The position numbers and the translations under genes were made by a program. The notes below the pieces were generated by a model. The model had not been told where the DNA came from. It saw only the letters and a program-made list of their open reading frames with translations, and ran no database searches. Shown here piece by piece: positions 19,279 to 30,123 of a stretch of 64,000 nt of DNA; the first letter of the stretch is position 1, and every line of letters starts with the position of its first letter. Source of the stretch: a bacterium (GTDB taxonomy: Bacteria > Omnitrophota > Gorgyraeia > Zapsychrales > Zapsychraceae); contig JAUIER010000003.1 of assembly GCA_030429765.1 (NCBI GenBank), positions 144,402 through 208,401 of the forward strand, given 5' to 3'.

Positions 19279-19839
19279 ATGACATCCAGACCCGACCCCG
19301 AAATCATTCACGAAGGCCGATTTATCCGTTTCCAGAAGGTGGGAGATTGGGAATTCATACAGCGCAATAACTGCACCGGTATTGTGATCATCGTTCCGAT
19401 GACGGATGATCAGCAGGTGATCTTTGTCGAGCAGTACCGGCCGCCGGTTGACAAGTTCGTGATCGAGTTTCCCGCCGGGCTACTCAATGATCGGGCGGAT
19501 TATCCGGATGAATCCATCGAAAGCGGTGCGAAGCGCGAGCTGATGGAGGAGACGGGATACCGGGCGGAGCAAATTATTCCATTGCTGGACGGGCCGATCT
19601 CGGCCGGATCCAGCGCGGATACCGTGACCATGGTCCGGGCCGCGGGGTTGACCAAGGTCGGCACCGGCGGGGGCGATGAGACGGAATCCATTCGGATACA
19701 TGAAGTTAAGCTCTCCGACGTGGATGCGTGGCTCGAACATCAGCGGCAGCAGGGTTTTATGATCGAACCTAAAATTTATTCTGGACTTTATTTCCTAAAG
19801 TCCTATAATAGTTCACTTCCGAACAAGGTGAACCTCTAG
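19279..19839 (+). CDS. NUDIX hydrolase (ADP-ribose pyrophosphatase-like)
   Basis: Nudix box GLLNDRADYPDESIESGAKRELMEETG. Confidence 0.85.
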   Translation: MTSRPDPEIIHEGRFIRFQKVGDWEFIQRNNCTGIVIIVPMTDDQQVIFVEQYRPPVDKFVIEFPAGLLNDRADYPDESIESGAKRELMEETGYRAEQIIPLLDGPISAGSSADTVTMVRAAGLTKVGTGGGDETESIRIHEVKLSDVDAWLEHQRQQGFMIEPKIYSGLYFLKSYNSSLPNKVNL

Positions 19840-19924
19840 CCTTGGATTACCCCTCTCATTTCAAGACAAATTTGTGATTGTGAGATTGAAGATAAGATAA
19901 ATCGAAAAAAGGAGTATGTGCAAA

Positions 19925-20971
19925 ATGAGCAAAGTAACTGACTATTTAGGCGATGACGCCAAAGATCTACTCGAGCATAAGTGTAAAACGATTTCCAAGG
20001 ATGCGATCACGATTCCAAGTTCGACATATGTGGATGATATTTTCATCAATTCTGACCGATCCAACAATGTGATCAGAAACCTGCAGTCAATGTACGATGC
20101 CGGCCGATTAGGCGGCACCGGATACCTTTCAATCCTTCCGGTTGATCAGGGTATCGAACACACAGCCGGTGCCTCGTTTGCACCTAATCCAATCTACTTT
20201 GATCCGGAAAACATCATCAAGCTGGCCATCGAAGGTGGATGTAACGCCGTTGCATCGACGTTAGGTGTGCTTGGGCTATATTCTCGCAAGTATGCCCACA
20301 AAATTCCATTCGTGGTCAAGATCAACCACAACGAGTTGATGACTTACCCCAACAAATACGACCAGCGATTGTTCGCGGACGTTGAGCAAGCGGCCGACAT
20401 GGGCGCAGCCGGGGTGGGAGCCACCATCTATTTCGGATCAGAAGAATCATCACGACAAATCGAAGAAATCTCAGAGCAATTCCAGCGCGCGCATGAGTTG
20501 GGCTTGTTCACGATTCTATGGTGCTACGCTCGTAATAATGCCTTTAACGCCGACAAAGATTATCACGTCGCGGCGGATGTGACGAGTCAAGCCAATCACC
20601 TGGGTGTCACGATTCAGGCGGATATCATCAAGCAGAAGCTTCCGGAAAACAACGGCGGTTTCACAGCGGTTAAGTTTGCGAAATCACACAAAGACATGTA
20701 CGAAAAACTATCCAGTGACAACCCGATCGACCTTTGCCGATACCAAGTGGCCAACTGCTACATGGGCAAGATCGGATTGATCAACTCGGGCGGCGCATCC
20801 GGAGCGAATGACTTCCAGGATGCCGTTCGTACAGCGGTCATCAACAAACGGGCCGGCGGTATGGGATTGATCTCAGGCCGTAAGGCGTTCCAGCGTCCAA
20901 TGAAGGAAGGGGTTAAGCTTCTTAACGCCATTCAGGACGTGTACCTAGACGACAAAATTACAATCGCGTAA
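19925..20971 (+). CDS. fbaB: class I fructose-bisphosphate aldolase (FbaB/DhnA-type)
   Basis: [22 protein letters not shown] and the overall ~350-aa layout collinear with E. coli FbaB. Start set at MSKVTDY to match the FbaB N-terminus. Confidence 0.82.
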   Translation: MSKVTDYLGDDAKDLLEHKCKTISKDAITIPSSTYVDDIFINSDRSNNVIRNLQSMYDAGRLGGTGYLSILPVDQGIEHTAGASFAPNPIYFDPENIIKLAIEGGCNAVASTLGVLGLYSRKYAHKIPFVVKINHNELMTYPNKYDQRLFADVEQAADMGAAGVGATIYFGSEESSRQIEEISEQFQRAHELGLFTILWCYARNNAFNADKDYHVAADVTSQANHLGVTIQADIIKQKLPENNGGFTAVKFAKSHKDMYEKLSSDNPIDLCRYQVANCYMGKIGLINSGGASGANDFQDAVRTAVINKRAGGMGLISGRKAFQRPMKEGVKLLNAIQDVYLDDKITIA

Positions 20972-20993
20972 TCATCGCGGTTTTGATCCCGAT

Positions 20994-21048
20994 GGGGCAG
21001 TTGGTTTTTCAAGAAAGACAAGAAAAACCGGCTGTCCCATTTTTATTT
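20994..21048 (+). terminator. possible intrinsic terminator after fbaB
   Basis: Imperfect stem GGGGCAGTTGGTTTTTC...GAAAAACCGGCTGTCCC followed by ATTTTTATTT. Confidence 0.4.
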
Positions 21049-21103
21049 ATGCTATAATCTGACCGTCTTCCAAATCAACATATCTACCAATATGGGAGTC
21101 CTC

Positions 21104-21703
21104 ATGAATACATTTGACGCGATTGAACAGCGCCGGGCGGTCAAACATTATGATCCCGCGCATCAACTTTCGGACGACGAGATCAATCAATTGATGTCCC
21201 GTGTCGTTCTGTCCCCGACATCATTTAACATCCAGAACTGGCGGTTTGTGATCGTTAAAGATCCTGATTTACGCAAGCGGATACGGGCCGTGTCCTGGGA
21301 CCAGGCTCAAGTGACGGATGCCGGCTTGCTCGTAATTCTTTGTGCCAATAAAAACGCGTGGAAGGATTCAGCCCGGTATTGGCAGACGGCCCCCGAGGAT
21401 GTCCGGAACTTTCTGGTGTCCGCGATCGAACAATACTACGACGGTAAAGATCAGATTCAGCATGATGAAGCCATGCGATCCTGCGGCATCGCGGCGCAGA
21501 CATTGATGCTCGCGGCCAAGGCGATGGGGTACGACTCGTGTCCGATGGTGGGGTTTGATTTTGAGCAGGTTGGTAAATTGATCAATCTGCCGGATGATCA
21601 TGTGATCACGATGTTTGTCGTGATCGGTAAGGCCGTTAAACCGGCCAATCCGCGCGGCGGACAGCTGCCATTAAGTGAGGTTATCGTTCATGACACGTTT
21701 TAA
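21104..21703 (+). CDS. nitroreductase-family protein
   Basis: RRAVKHYD...SPTSFNIQNWRFVIV. GGAG 6 nt upstream of ATG 21104. Confidence 0.85.
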   Translation: MNTFDAIEQRRAVKHYDPAHQLSDDEINQLMSRVVLSPTSFNIQNWRFVIVKDPDLRKRIRAVSWDQAQVTDAGLLVILCANKNAWKDSARYWQTAPEDVRNFLVSAIEQYYDGKDQIQHDEAMRSCGIAAQTLMLAAKAMGYDSCPMVGFDFEQVGKLINLPDDHVITMFVVIGKAVKPANPRGGQLPLSEVIVHDTF

Positions 21704-22280
21704 AGCGCTGATGTGCTCGATTGTTTGTGCCGGTATGGTTGTTGTAGGACTGTTACCCGATAGCGCCCAGGCGCTGCACATCAGTCAACAGGAGTTTGTC
21801 GAGGAGTACCGGGGGCATGATCTTGAGCTGGTGTTGATGGGGGCGGGGCTGCAGCGTTTTACCGTGATGAAGATGGCCGCGGTGGGTATGTATTTGCCGG
21901 AGAACATCAAAAAGGAAACTCTGTTGGAGGACGGACCACGCCGGGTGGAAATCGTTTTTCTGCAGCGGATGTCCCGTCAGGAAATGCACGATTTTATGAA
22001 AAAACATATCGCGGCCAATTGGCGGGCGGAAGCCAGCGATGATTTATCCGAACGGCTGGAGGCCTTCCTGGGGATCCTCGATGAGACCTCGGTGGAAGAA
22101 CGCCACGCCTACACGTATATTCCGGGTGAAGGGACGATTATCGAGATCAACGGATCGACCATCGCGACAGTCCCGGGAGAGGATTTCGCGCACGGATTGT
22201 TTTCCGTTTATATCGGCACCAAACCGGCTGATACAAGACTTAAGCGGAAATTGATGGGCAGTCTGGACTATCACAAATAA
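21690..22280 (+). CDS. chalcone-isomerase-like secreted protein
   Basis: Signal peptide, then VLMGAGLQRFTVMKMAAVGMYLPE typical of bacterial CHI-like proteins. Overlaps the nitroreductase stop by 14 nt. Confidence 0.65.
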   Translation: MTRFKALMCSIVCAGMVVVGLLPDSAQALHISQQEFVEEYRGHDLELVLMGAGLQRFTVMKMAAVGMYLPENIKKETLLEDGPRRVEIVFLQRMSRQEMHDFMKKHIAANWRAEASDDLSERLEAFLGILDETSVEERHAYTYIPGEGTIIEINGSTIATVPGEDFAHGLFSVYIGTKPADTRLKRKLMGSLDYHK

Positions 22281-22327
22281 TCAAGTTTTTTTCATGAGAG
22301 ACATGTCGGGGGCATGCTAAAATAGAG

Positions 22328-22681
22328 ATGATCAAATTTTACGGTTATAACAAATGTTCGACCTGTGTGAAGGCCAAAAAGTTTCTCAAGGACCATGGTG
22401 TAGAGTTCAAAGACATTGACATCACGGTTGAACCGCCCAGTCAGTCAGCGTTGCGGCGAATCGTTCAGGCCAAGGTCTATCCGCTCCGTAAGCTATTTAA
22501 CACGTCGGGCATGGCTTATCGCGAAATGGACATGAAATCCAAAATGGATTCGTACAGCGAGGCTCAATTGATTGAGCTGCTGAGTCAGAACGGCCGGTTG
22601 GTCAAACGCCCGATTGTGATCGACGGAACCAGACACACCGTCGGTTTTAATAGCGATAAATTCAAGGAAGTATGGGGTTAA
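22328..22681 (+). CDS. ArsC/Spx-family thioredoxin-fold protein (YffB-like)
   Basis: MIKFYGYNKCSTCVKAKKFL with a CxxC motif. Confidence 0.8.
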   Translation: MIKFYGYNKCSTCVKAKKFLKDHGVEFKDIDITVEPPSQSALRRIVQAKVYPLRKLFNTSGMAYREMDMKSKMDSYSEAQLIELLSQNGRLVKRPIVIDGTRHTVGFNSDKFKEVWG

Positions 22682-22683
22682 GC

Positions 22684-23454
22684 ATGAAGAAAAGGCACTG
22701 GATTTTGGCGTTAGTCATGGCGGTTGTGCTGTTGGCCGACATGAACGTGGCCGCCGAGGAAATGTTGGGAAGCAATCGGCGTTTTCGGATCAACAATCCC
22801 GACGGTATCAAGTATGAATTCGCGCGCGACTACATCACCAGTCTCAACTATCTTAAAGAGAACAACGAGCGGTTTGAAGATGTGGCGATCCTCGCCTTTT
22901 CCGAAGACAAAGAGATTGATCGTATCGCCGCACTGCGGGACGATTTGATTCGCAACAATCTGAACCTGCGCATCGCGCGTAACTACCTATCAAAGTATCT
23001 GCGTCAGGCGGACAATGGACTGATCCTCAAGGCGTCTGACATGTTTACCAATTTCTGTGACCGGCTGATTGATCTGAACAATGAAGAGAAGCTCCTACTC
23101 GAAGATTTATACTACACGCAGCTCAAGGATGAGATGGATGGGTTTGATGTCGATGGATTTACCCGGTCGCAGCGACGCATCGGCCAGGCCCGGAAAACCA
23201 CCCTTAAGGAATTACTGGAGACGACTATCCTGGTCTCCAAGATCCTGATCAGTCCTCAGGAAAATTATGCCGGCCAGTTCGACCGGCTCGGGATCACACA
23301 GGAGGAGCGTTACAAATTGCTGTACAAGATTGATGAGTTTGAAGATGATCGCTTCAAAGGAGAGTTGCGGCCGGGATTGACCTTCTTGGAAGGCAGTGTC
23401 GTGACGCTGCGCGAGATTCTTGAAGACTATGACTATACAGCCCTGGACGGCTGA
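22684..23454 (+). CDS. secreted hypothetical protein
   Basis: Signal peptide MKKRHWILALVMAVVLLADMNVAAE. Confidence 0.55.
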   Translation: MKKRHWILALVMAVVLLADMNVAAEEMLGSNRRFRINNPDGIKYEFARDYITSLNYLKENNERFEDVAILAFSEDKEIDRIAALRDDLIRNNLNLRIARNYLSKYLRQADNGLILKASDMFTNFCDRLIDLNNEEKLLLEDLYYTQLKDEMDGFDVDGFTRSQRRIGQARKTTLKELLETTILVSKILISPQENYAGQFDRLGITQEERYKLLYKIDEFEDDRFKGELRPGLTFLEGSVVTLREILEDYDYTALDG

Positions 23455-23496
23455 TTTAAATACGACGGTTAGATCAATGGACATAGGAGGCAGACT

Positions 23497-23748
23497 ATGA
23501 CCGATAAAGAACAAGCGGACAAGCTTCTACGGAATAAAAAAGTAATCGAAGAGATCAATCGGCATTTATGGATTGAAAGTGAAAAAAGCGGGCATGATAT
23601 CGGTTTTGATCAAGCCGCGGAGGACTGGCTTAAGCGGTTTTCCAAGGCCTGGATGGACTATCATATGCCCAAGCGATCATCGCCCAAAGATTCAGCCAAA
23701 ACTCCAGCCAAGAAATCCGGCACCAAATCACGATCCAAAAAATCATAA
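23497..23748 (+). CDS. small hypothetical protein with basic C-terminal tail
   Basis: AGGAGG RBS. INRHLWIESEKSGHDIGFDQAAEDWL motif. No family assigned. Confidence 0.5.
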   Translation: MTDKEQADKLLRNKKVIEEINRHLWIESEKSGHDIGFDQAAEDWLKRFSKAWMDYHMPKRSSPKDSAKTPAKKSGTKSRSKKS

Positions 23749-23865
23749 CCCGCAGGGTTTAAAGCCTTTGAGTTCCGGGGCTAAAAAGTGTTCACATTCC
23801 AACGTTTTTGTGTAAAATGGTAACGTTGAAATCACTAAAAGACATCACATCAGGAGGCATTTAGA

Positions 23866-24615
23866 ATGACACATTACACGGTTGTGCTAATCCGACACGG
23901 CGAAAGCCTTTGGAATAAAGAGAATAAGTTTACCGGATGGTATGATGTAGATCTATCCGAAAAAGGACGGACCGAAGCGGCCAACGGCGGGAAAATCCTG
24001 AAAGAAAAAGGATTTACGTTTGATCTGGCGTTCACGTCGGTACTCAAGCGAGCCATCCGTACGTTATGGTACTGCATGGATGAAATGGATTTGATGTGGA
24101 TCCCGGTGATCCGCAGTTGGAAACTCAATGAACGTCACTATGGTGATCTTCAGGGATTGAACAAGGCCGAAACGGCCAAGAAATTCGGCGATGCGCAGGT
24201 GCTGGAATGGCGCCGCAGTTTTGATACCCCGCCGCCGAGTTTGACCAAGGACGATCCGCGATACCCGGGCAACGATCCGCGTTACCAGGATTTGTCGGAA
24301 GATGAGATCCCATTGGCTGAAAGTCTGGCCACCACCATTGAACGTGTGGTTCCTTATTGGGAAGAAATGATTGTTCCGGAAATCAAGAAAGGACGCAAAG
24401 TCCTGATCGCCGCGCATGGTAATAGTCTGCGCGCGCTGGTCAAACATCTTGATAATATTTCCAATGAAGATATTCTAAAGCTCAATATTCCGACGGGAAC
24501 ACCGTTGGTGTACGAGCTTGATAAAGACTTGAAACCGGTGAAGAGTTACTATCTCGGTGATCAGGCGGCTATCGCCAAGGCACAGGCCGCTGTCGCGAAT
24601 CAAGGTAAAGGTTAA
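23866..24615 (+). CDS. gpmA: 2,3-bisphosphoglycerate-dependent phosphoglycerate mutase
   Basis: [18 protein letters not shown] catalytic-His motif. AGGAGG RBS. Confidence 0.93.
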   Translation: MTHYTVVLIRHGESLWNKENKFTGWYDVDLSEKGRTEAANGGKILKEKGFTFDLAFTSVLKRAIRTLWYCMDEMDLMWIPVIRSWKLNERHYGDLQGLNKAETAKKFGDAQVLEWRRSFDTPPPSLTKDDPRYPGNDPRYQDLSEDEIPLAESLATTIERVVPYWEEMIVPEIKKGRKVLIAAHGNSLRALVKHLDNISNEDILKLNIPTGTPLVYELDKDLKPVKSYYLGDQAAIAKAQAAVANQGKG

Positions 24616-24630
24616 TCAATCTAATCCTCT

Positions 24631-25293
24631 ATGGATGTTCAAGCCAAAGCCGATCGGATCCAACGTCTACGTCAGCAGATAGCCGTCTGTCAGCGTTGTG
24701 CGTTGCACGAAACCCGGACTAATACTGTGCCCGGCGAGGGGGCGGTCAATGCCGACATCATGTTTATCGGAGAGGCGCCCGGACGAAACGAAGATCAGCA
24801 GGGAAAACCGTTCGTCGGACGGGCTGGTGATATCTTCGACAAATTGCTGGCGTCGGTTTCTTTAAGCCGCGACGATATTTACCTGTGCAATATTCTCAAA
24901 TGCCGTCCGCCGAATAACCGCAATCCGTTGGCCGGTGAGATCAAGGCCTGCGTCGGAAGTCTGGATATCCAGATACAAGTGGTGGATCCTCAGGTGATCG
25001 GAACGCTGGGCAATTTCGCGACGATGTATGTGCTGGAAAAGTTCGGGGTGCCGCTCAAGAAGATCAGCGAATTGGCGGGAACGATTGTCGACGTGGATTC
25101 GCCGTTCGGTCCCAAGAAGATAGTTCCCTTGTTTCACCCGGCTGTCGCTACCTACAGTCCGAAAAAAATAGACACACTTCTGGAACATTTTCAGATTTTT
25201 AAATCATTCATCACGGTCGGTGATTCATCTCAAGTTTGCATCAACTCCGTCTCCGACAGCGACCGGACCTTATCCAAATCAGGAGCCTGGTGA
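24631..25293 (+). CDS. udg: uracil-DNA glycosylase, family 4
   Basis: GEAPGRNED...FVGRAGD and LCNILKCRPPNNRNP motifs. Confidence 0.88.
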   Translation: MDVQAKADRIQRLRQQIAVCQRCALHETRTNTVPGEGAVNADIMFIGEAPGRNEDQQGKPFVGRAGDIFDKLLASVSLSRDDIYLCNILKCRPPNNRNPLAGEIKACVGSLDIQIQVVDPQVIGTLGNFATMYVLEKFGVPLKKISELAGTIVDVDSPFGPKKIVPLFHPAVATYSPKKIDTLLEHFQIFKSFITVGDSSQVCINSVSDSDRTLSKSGAW

Positions 25294-25295
25294 TT

Positions 25296-26315
25296 ATGTC
25301 GACAAAAACATCTCAAATAGATCTGGAGCTTGAGAAGTTTAACCGGTTTAAGTCTATATTTGAGTACGCACCGATCGCGATCTGGGAAGAAGATTTCTCG
25401 GCGCTGAACGAGTTGCGTGACGAGATTGAATCCCAGAAGGTGAAGAATATCAGGGATTATCTTAGCGATAACAAAGAGCTTTTAATCCGGACGTTCCGTC
25501 AGTTGAAGGTGCTGGATGTCAACAAAAAGGCCCTGGAGCTGTACGGGGCATCGACCAAGCGTGAGCTGTTGGATAATTTAGGGAAGACGGTGCATCGGGA
25601 TGTGCTGCGAATATTGGCCGATGAGTTCACCGCCCTTTTAAACGGGGAAGAATATTTCGAAACCGAGTTTAAATCCAAGTCATTGAGTGGAAAGATTTAT
25701 GAGGTCAAGATGCGGTTGCGTGTTCCGCCGGCCTATCGCAAGAATTTCCGGCGGGTGGTGATCACGTTTGAAGATATCACGCAACAAAAGAAGCGCGAGC
25801 GCAATCTGCATCGCATGGCCCAGACGGACGGCCTGACCCGGGTGTTGAATCACACAACGGTGATTAAACGGCTGGATGAAGAATTCAAACGGGCGACACG
25901 CTACAAGAAAGATTTATCCTGTCTGATGGTCGATCTGGACCACTTCAAGGGAATCAACGATCTGTGTGGACATCAGAAGGGCGACAAGGTATTGCAGCGA
26001 TCGGCAGAGTTGATCACGGAACATGTCAGGGAAGTAGACGTGGTCGGGCGGTACGGCGGCGATGAATTTCTGGTGATCCTGCCCGAAACACCCGTCGATA
26101 AAGCCACCATCGTGGCTGAAAGGCTTATCAATATTTTTAACGAGTTGTCATCGTCGGATGATCCCGGACAGGTGTTCAGCACTGTTAGTGTGGGGATCAG
26201 CGGTATACCACTGGCGAAGGCCGCCACCTCCAAAGATCTGATCTCAATCGTCGACAAGGCCATGTACAAGGCCAAGAAGGCGGGCCGTAACACATCGGCC
26301 ATTATCAAAACCTAA
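25296..26315 (+). CDS. PAS-domain diguanylate cyclase (GGDEF)
   Basis: RYGGDEF active-site motif. N-terminal PAS-like region. Confidence 0.85.
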   Translation: MSTKTSQIDLELEKFNRFKSIFEYAPIAIWEEDFSALNELRDEIESQKVKNIRDYLSDNKELLIRTFRQLKVLDVNKKALELYGASTKRELLDNLGKTVHRDVLRILADEFTALLNGEEYFETEFKSKSLSGKIYEVKMRLRVPPAYRKNFRRVVITFEDITQQKKRERNLHRMAQTDGLTRVLNHTTVIKRLDEEFKRATRYKKDLSCLMVDLDHFKGINDLCGHQKGDKVLQRSAELITEHVREVDVVGRYGGDEFLVILPETPVDKATIVAERLINIFNELSSSDDPGQVFSTVSVGISGIPLAKAATSKDLISIVDKAMYKAKKAGRNTSAIIKT

Positions 26316-26330
26316 ATTAGGAGTGTTTCA

Positions 26331-27338
26331 ATGAGTTTTAAAATACCTGACACGCCGGAAGAGTTGTTCCGGCAAGGGTCACGGAATTTTTCGCAGATGA
26401 ACCGATATATGCCGTTTGTCCTTTTCATTTTTATTCTGCTGTTCGTGGCCGTTACCAGTTTTTATACCGTCGAGCAGGATGAAGTCGGTGTGATCCGCCG
26501 GTTCGGTAAATATCACCGTACGACCGATCCGGGGCTGCATTGGAAACTGCCGTTTAACATCGAGCAGCTCGATCGGGTGCAGGTCAAACGGATCTTCAAG
26601 GAAGAATTTGGATTCCGCACGGAAAAGGCCGGCGTGAAGACGCAGTATTCGACCAAGTCGTTCAACGACGAGGCCTTGATGCTGACCGGCGATCTGAATG
26701 TGCTGGATGTCTCCTGGATCGTTCAGTTCAAGATCAAGGATCCGGTGCAGCTGCTATTCAACGTGCGCAATCCGCGTGAGACGGTGCGGGATCTGTCCGA
26801 AGCGGTTATGCGTCAGGTAATCGGCGACAGTTCAGTGTCGCAGGCATTAACCACACGCAAGAATGAAATCAATCAGGAAGTCCGCGAGATCCTGCAGACA
26901 ACGATGGATGACTATTACAAAATCGGTATTCAAATTACCAAACTGGAGTTACAGGAGGTGCTGCCGCCTGAGCCGGTCACTAAATCGTTCAATGAAGTTA
27001 ATGAGGCCGAACAGGAACGGGAGAAGGTGATCAATCAATCCTGGGAGGCATACAATAAAGTTATTCCCAAGGCGCGGGGGCAGGCTGAGAAAACGATTCG
27101 GGAGGCCGAGGGGTATGCCCTGTCGCGTGTGAAGAAGGCCGAAGGGGACGCCGCGCTGTTTTTGGAGACGTGGAACGCGTATAAGTCGGCCAAGGATGTC
27201 ACCCGTCGACGAATCTATCTGGAGACGCTGGGCGAGGTCATCCCGCGAATCGGTAAGGTCTATGTGTTTGAACCCGAGGCCAACAATGTTATTCCGCTGT
27301 TGAACATCGGCGATAGCGAAGGAGTGAAGCTCAAATGA
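26331..27338 (+). CDS. hflK: FtsH protease modulator HflK
   Basis: N-terminal TM plus SPFH/band-7 domain. Followed by hflC. Confidence 0.88.
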   Translation: MSFKIPDTPEELFRQGSRNFSQMNRYMPFVLFIFILLFVAVTSFYTVEQDEVGVIRRFGKYHRTTDPGLHWKLPFNIEQLDRVQVKRIFKEEFGFRTEKAGVKTQYSTKSFNDEALMLTGDLNVLDVSWIVQFKIKDPVQLLFNVRNPRETVRDLSEAVMRQVIGDSSVSQALTTRKNEINQEVREILQTTMDDYYKIGIQITKLELQEVLPPEPVTKSFNEVNEAEQEREKVINQSWEAYNKVIPKARGQAEKTIREAEGYALSRVKKAEGDAALFLETWNAYKSAKDVTRRRIYLETLGEVIPRIGKVYVFEPEANNVIPLLNIGDSEGVKLK

Positions 27339-28297
27339 GAAATCCAATCAACGTGATCATCCTGTTTTTGGCGGCAGGATTTATCCTATTATCCACCGGC
27401 ATTTTCTACACGGTGGACGAAACCAAACAAGTGGTCGTCACACAATTTGGTGAGCTGATCGGTGAGCCGATCACACAGGCTGGACTGTATTTCAAGCTGC
27501 CGTGGCAGAAAGTCAATTACTTTGACAAGCGCATCCTTCAGTGGGATGGAGATGCCAATCAAATCCCCACGCGGGACAAACGTTTTATCTGGGTCGATAC
27601 CACTGCACGCTGGCGCATTGCTGATCCTCTTAAATTTATGCAGTCCGTCCGTACCGAAACCAGCGCACAGAGTCGTCTGGATGATATCATTGACGCGTCC
27701 ACGCGCGACGTGATCTCTTCGCACCGACTCATCGAGGCGATCCGAAGTTCCAATCGGATATTTGAGTACATTAACCAGACGCAGAATACGGACAATAGTG
27801 ACCTGGTCCAGAGTGAGATTGAAGAGATTCAGATCGGTCGTGAAGAACTGGCTCGGAAAATTTTATTGCGCGCGGCCGAGACGATGCCTTCGTACGGCAT
27901 TGAGCTTGTCGACGTGCGCATCAAGCGGATCAATTATGTTGAGGAAGTCAAACGGAAGGTATACGAACGGATGATTTCTGAGCGTAAACGGGCCGCCGAA
28001 CAGTTTCGCTCCGAAGGTCAGGGGAAGAAGGCCGAGATTGAAGGTCAGATGACCAAGGAGCTCAAGGAGATTCAGGCGGAGGCCTATAAACAGGCGCAGA
28101 TGATTAAAGGGAAGGCTGATGCCGAGGCGATCAAGATCTATGCCGACGCTTACAATAAAGATCCCGAATTCTATTCGTTCCTGAAAACACTCGAGACATA
28201 CAAACGGACGATGGGTAAGGATACCAATCTGATTCTTTCGACGGATAATCAGTTTTTTGAACAGCTCAACGGAAAGCTTTCCGTCACCAAGGAATAA
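27335..28297 (+). CDS. hflC: FtsH protease modulator HflC
   Basis: SPFH domain. ATGA start/stop overlap with hflK. Confidence 0.88.
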   Translation: MRNPINVIILFLAAGFILLSTGIFYTVDETKQVVVTQFGELIGEPITQAGLYFKLPWQKVNYFDKRILQWDGDANQIPTRDKRFIWVDTTARWRIADPLKFMQSVRTETSAQSRLDDIIDASTRDVISSHRLIEAIRSSNRIFEYINQTQNTDNSDLVQSEIEEIQIGREELARKILLRAAETMPSYGIELVDVRIKRINYVEEVKRKVYERMISERKRAAEQFRSEGQGKKAEIEGQMTKELKEIQAEAYKQAQMIKGKADAEAIKIYADAYNKDPEFYSFLKTLETYKRTMGKDTNLILSTDNQFFEQLNGKLSVTKE

Positions 28298-28298
28298 C

Positions 28299-29180
28299 AT
28301 GGCCGCGACATTGAAAAATCTGGATGCCTATGAAGTCTCGTTGACCGTCCCCGATACCGATCCGGGCCAACTGGAAATTCTGAAGGTGCTTCTTGAACGG
28401 TTGGGCGTAACACGCGACCGCTTTATCGAGCTGTCACAAAATGGCTTGAACGTCTTGTCGATCTACTACCAGAATACATCTGAAGGAGAGACATTGCGGC
28501 GTAAGCTCGTCAATTGCGGGCTCAAGAACGTGGAGATTCATGGTAAAACGCTGAAAGGCAGTGACTGGCAAAACAAATGGAAGAAAGACTTTCGTCCATT
28601 TCAGTTGACGGAACGTTTTGATGTGGTGCCGTTCGCCTATCGCAAAGAATATAAAAAACAGGAACGTCAGCCGGTTTATATCGATACCAGTTTTGCGTTT
28701 GGAACCGGACTTCATGCGACAACCCGGTTTATGGCCGGATTTGTTGAACGGGCCTCGGGTAAATTTGAAAGTTTTCTGGATATCGGAACAGGGACCGGAA
28801 TTCTGTCCCTTATCGCATTGCACTGCGGGGCGACGGATGTTACGGCGATTGATTTGCGAAAGGATATTATTGAGATCGCCAATACGAATTTCGAGGCCAA
28901 TGGGTTCAAGAAACAGAAGGCGCGGGCTGTTAACTTTGAAAAATTTAAGGCTGAGGTTCAGTTTGATTTTGTCGCGGCGAATTTGATCACGCAGGATTTG
29001 ATCGAATTCGGTCGTAAGATCGTGGCGCGGGTCAAGCCCGGGCAATTCCTCGCGGTGTCGGGTATATCATTGAATAATTATCCGATGTTCCGGGAAAACT
29101 TTCAGCAATATCCGCTGAAGTGTGTGAAGGTCGAGCGCGGCGAGGGTTGGGTGGCCGTTCTGTACAAGCGGACATCATGA
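28299..29180 (+). CDS. prmA: ribosomal protein L11 methyltransferase
   Basis: DIGTGTGILSL SAM motif I. PrmA-type N-terminal domain. Confidence 0.85.
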   Translation: MAATLKNLDAYEVSLTVPDTDPGQLEILKVLLERLGVTRDRFIELSQNGLNVLSIYYQNTSEGETLRRKLVNCGLKNVEIHGKTLKGSDWQNKWKKDFRPFQLTERFDVVPFAYRKEYKKQERQPVYIDTSFAFGTGLHATTRFMAGFVERASGKFESFLDIGTGTGILSLIALHCGATDVTAIDLRKDIIEIANTNFEANGFKKQKARAVNFEKFKAEVQFDFVAANLITQDLIEFGRKIVARVKPGQFLAVSGISLNNYPMFRENFQQYPLKCVKVERGEGWVAVLYKRTS

Positions 29181-29611
29181 CACCTGCGGATTCCCATCAC
29201 AATTCCAGAGAACAGGACGTCCGGAAACGGCTGCGGAAACTTCAGATTCTCGAGAAGGATATTCAGGAATACTTCGTGCTCTCGTCGGGACCTGGCGGTC
29301 AGAATGTCAATAAAGTCGCCACGTGCGTGGTGCTGAAGCACGTTCCCACCGGTATTCAAATCAAATGTCAGGAAGGGCGTACGCAACGATATAACCGAAT
29401 CCGGGCGCGGGAATTGTTGGCGGAACGGTTTGAGGCGTATCGTCAGCAAGTCATCGCCGCGGAACGGCAGGCCCGCGAAAAACTTCGCCGGCAAAAGCGT
29501 AAGCGCAGCCGGCGATCCAAAGAGCGTATGCTGGAGAACAAGCGGCGGCAGTCAGACAAAAAAATATCACGACGCAAGGTGCGGTTGGATAAACCCGGCC
29601 GCTACGATTAA
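29177..29611 (+). CDS. peptidyl-tRNA hydrolase domain protein (ArfB-like ribosome rescue factor)
   Basis: SSGPGGQNVNK GGQ motif followed by a lysine/arginine-rich tail. ATGA overlap with the prmA stop. Confidence 0.75.
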   Translation: MTPADSHHNSREQDVRKRLRKLQILEKDIQEYFVLSSGPGGQNVNKVATCVVLKHVPTGIQIKCQEGRTQRYNRIRARELLAERFEAYRQQVIAAERQAREKLRRQKRKRSRRSKERMLENKRRQSDKKISRRKVRLDKPGRYD

Positions 29612-29642
29612 CTTGGTGGCGGATTTACAGAGAGGTTTGAGC

Positions 29643-30101
29643 ATGACACAATTCGGTGAAGGGATGGTTGATGTAGGATCCAAGGATGTGACCCGGCGGG
29701 TGGCCCGCGCGCAGTCAACGATCCGCATGAATCCCGAAACATACGCGGCCTTGATGAACGGCGAGTGCCCCAAAGGGGATGTGCTGCAAACGGCCAGGGT
29801 CGCGGCGATCATGGCGGCGAAATCAACGCCTGCCATCATTCCGTTATGTCATCCGCTGGAACTCAGCAAGATCAAGATTGACTTTAAGAGTGATGAATCG
29901 AGTGCCAGTGTCACGGCCATGGCTGAAGTGGCCTATCAGGGGCGGACCGGTGTGGAGATGGAGGCGCTCACGGCGGTCAGCGCTGCAACGCTGACGATAT
30001 ATGACATGATGAAATGGTCGGATAAGGGAATGAAAATCGTTGAGACCAAGCTCCTCTCCAAAAGCGGAGGGAAGAGCGGAGACTATCAGCGTCAGGAATA
30101 A
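29643..30101 (+). CDS. moaC: cyclic pyranopterin monophosphate synthase MoaC
   Basis: MVDVGSKDVTRRVARA...IIPLCHPL. ~152 aa from ATG 29643. Confidence 0.88.
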   Translation: MTQFGEGMVDVGSKDVTRRVARAQSTIRMNPETYAALMNGECPKGDVLQTARVAAIMAAKSTPAIIPLCHPLELSKIKIDFKSDESSASVTAMAEVAYQGRTGVEMEALTAVSAATLTIYDMMKWSDKGMKIVETKLLSKSGGKSGDYQRQE

Positions 30102-30123
30102 GCTGACGCCCGAAGCCACGCCT

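Noticed and set aside
28434-29045. 203-aa minus-strand ORF inside prmA
   Set aside because: Antisense to prmA. No motifs.
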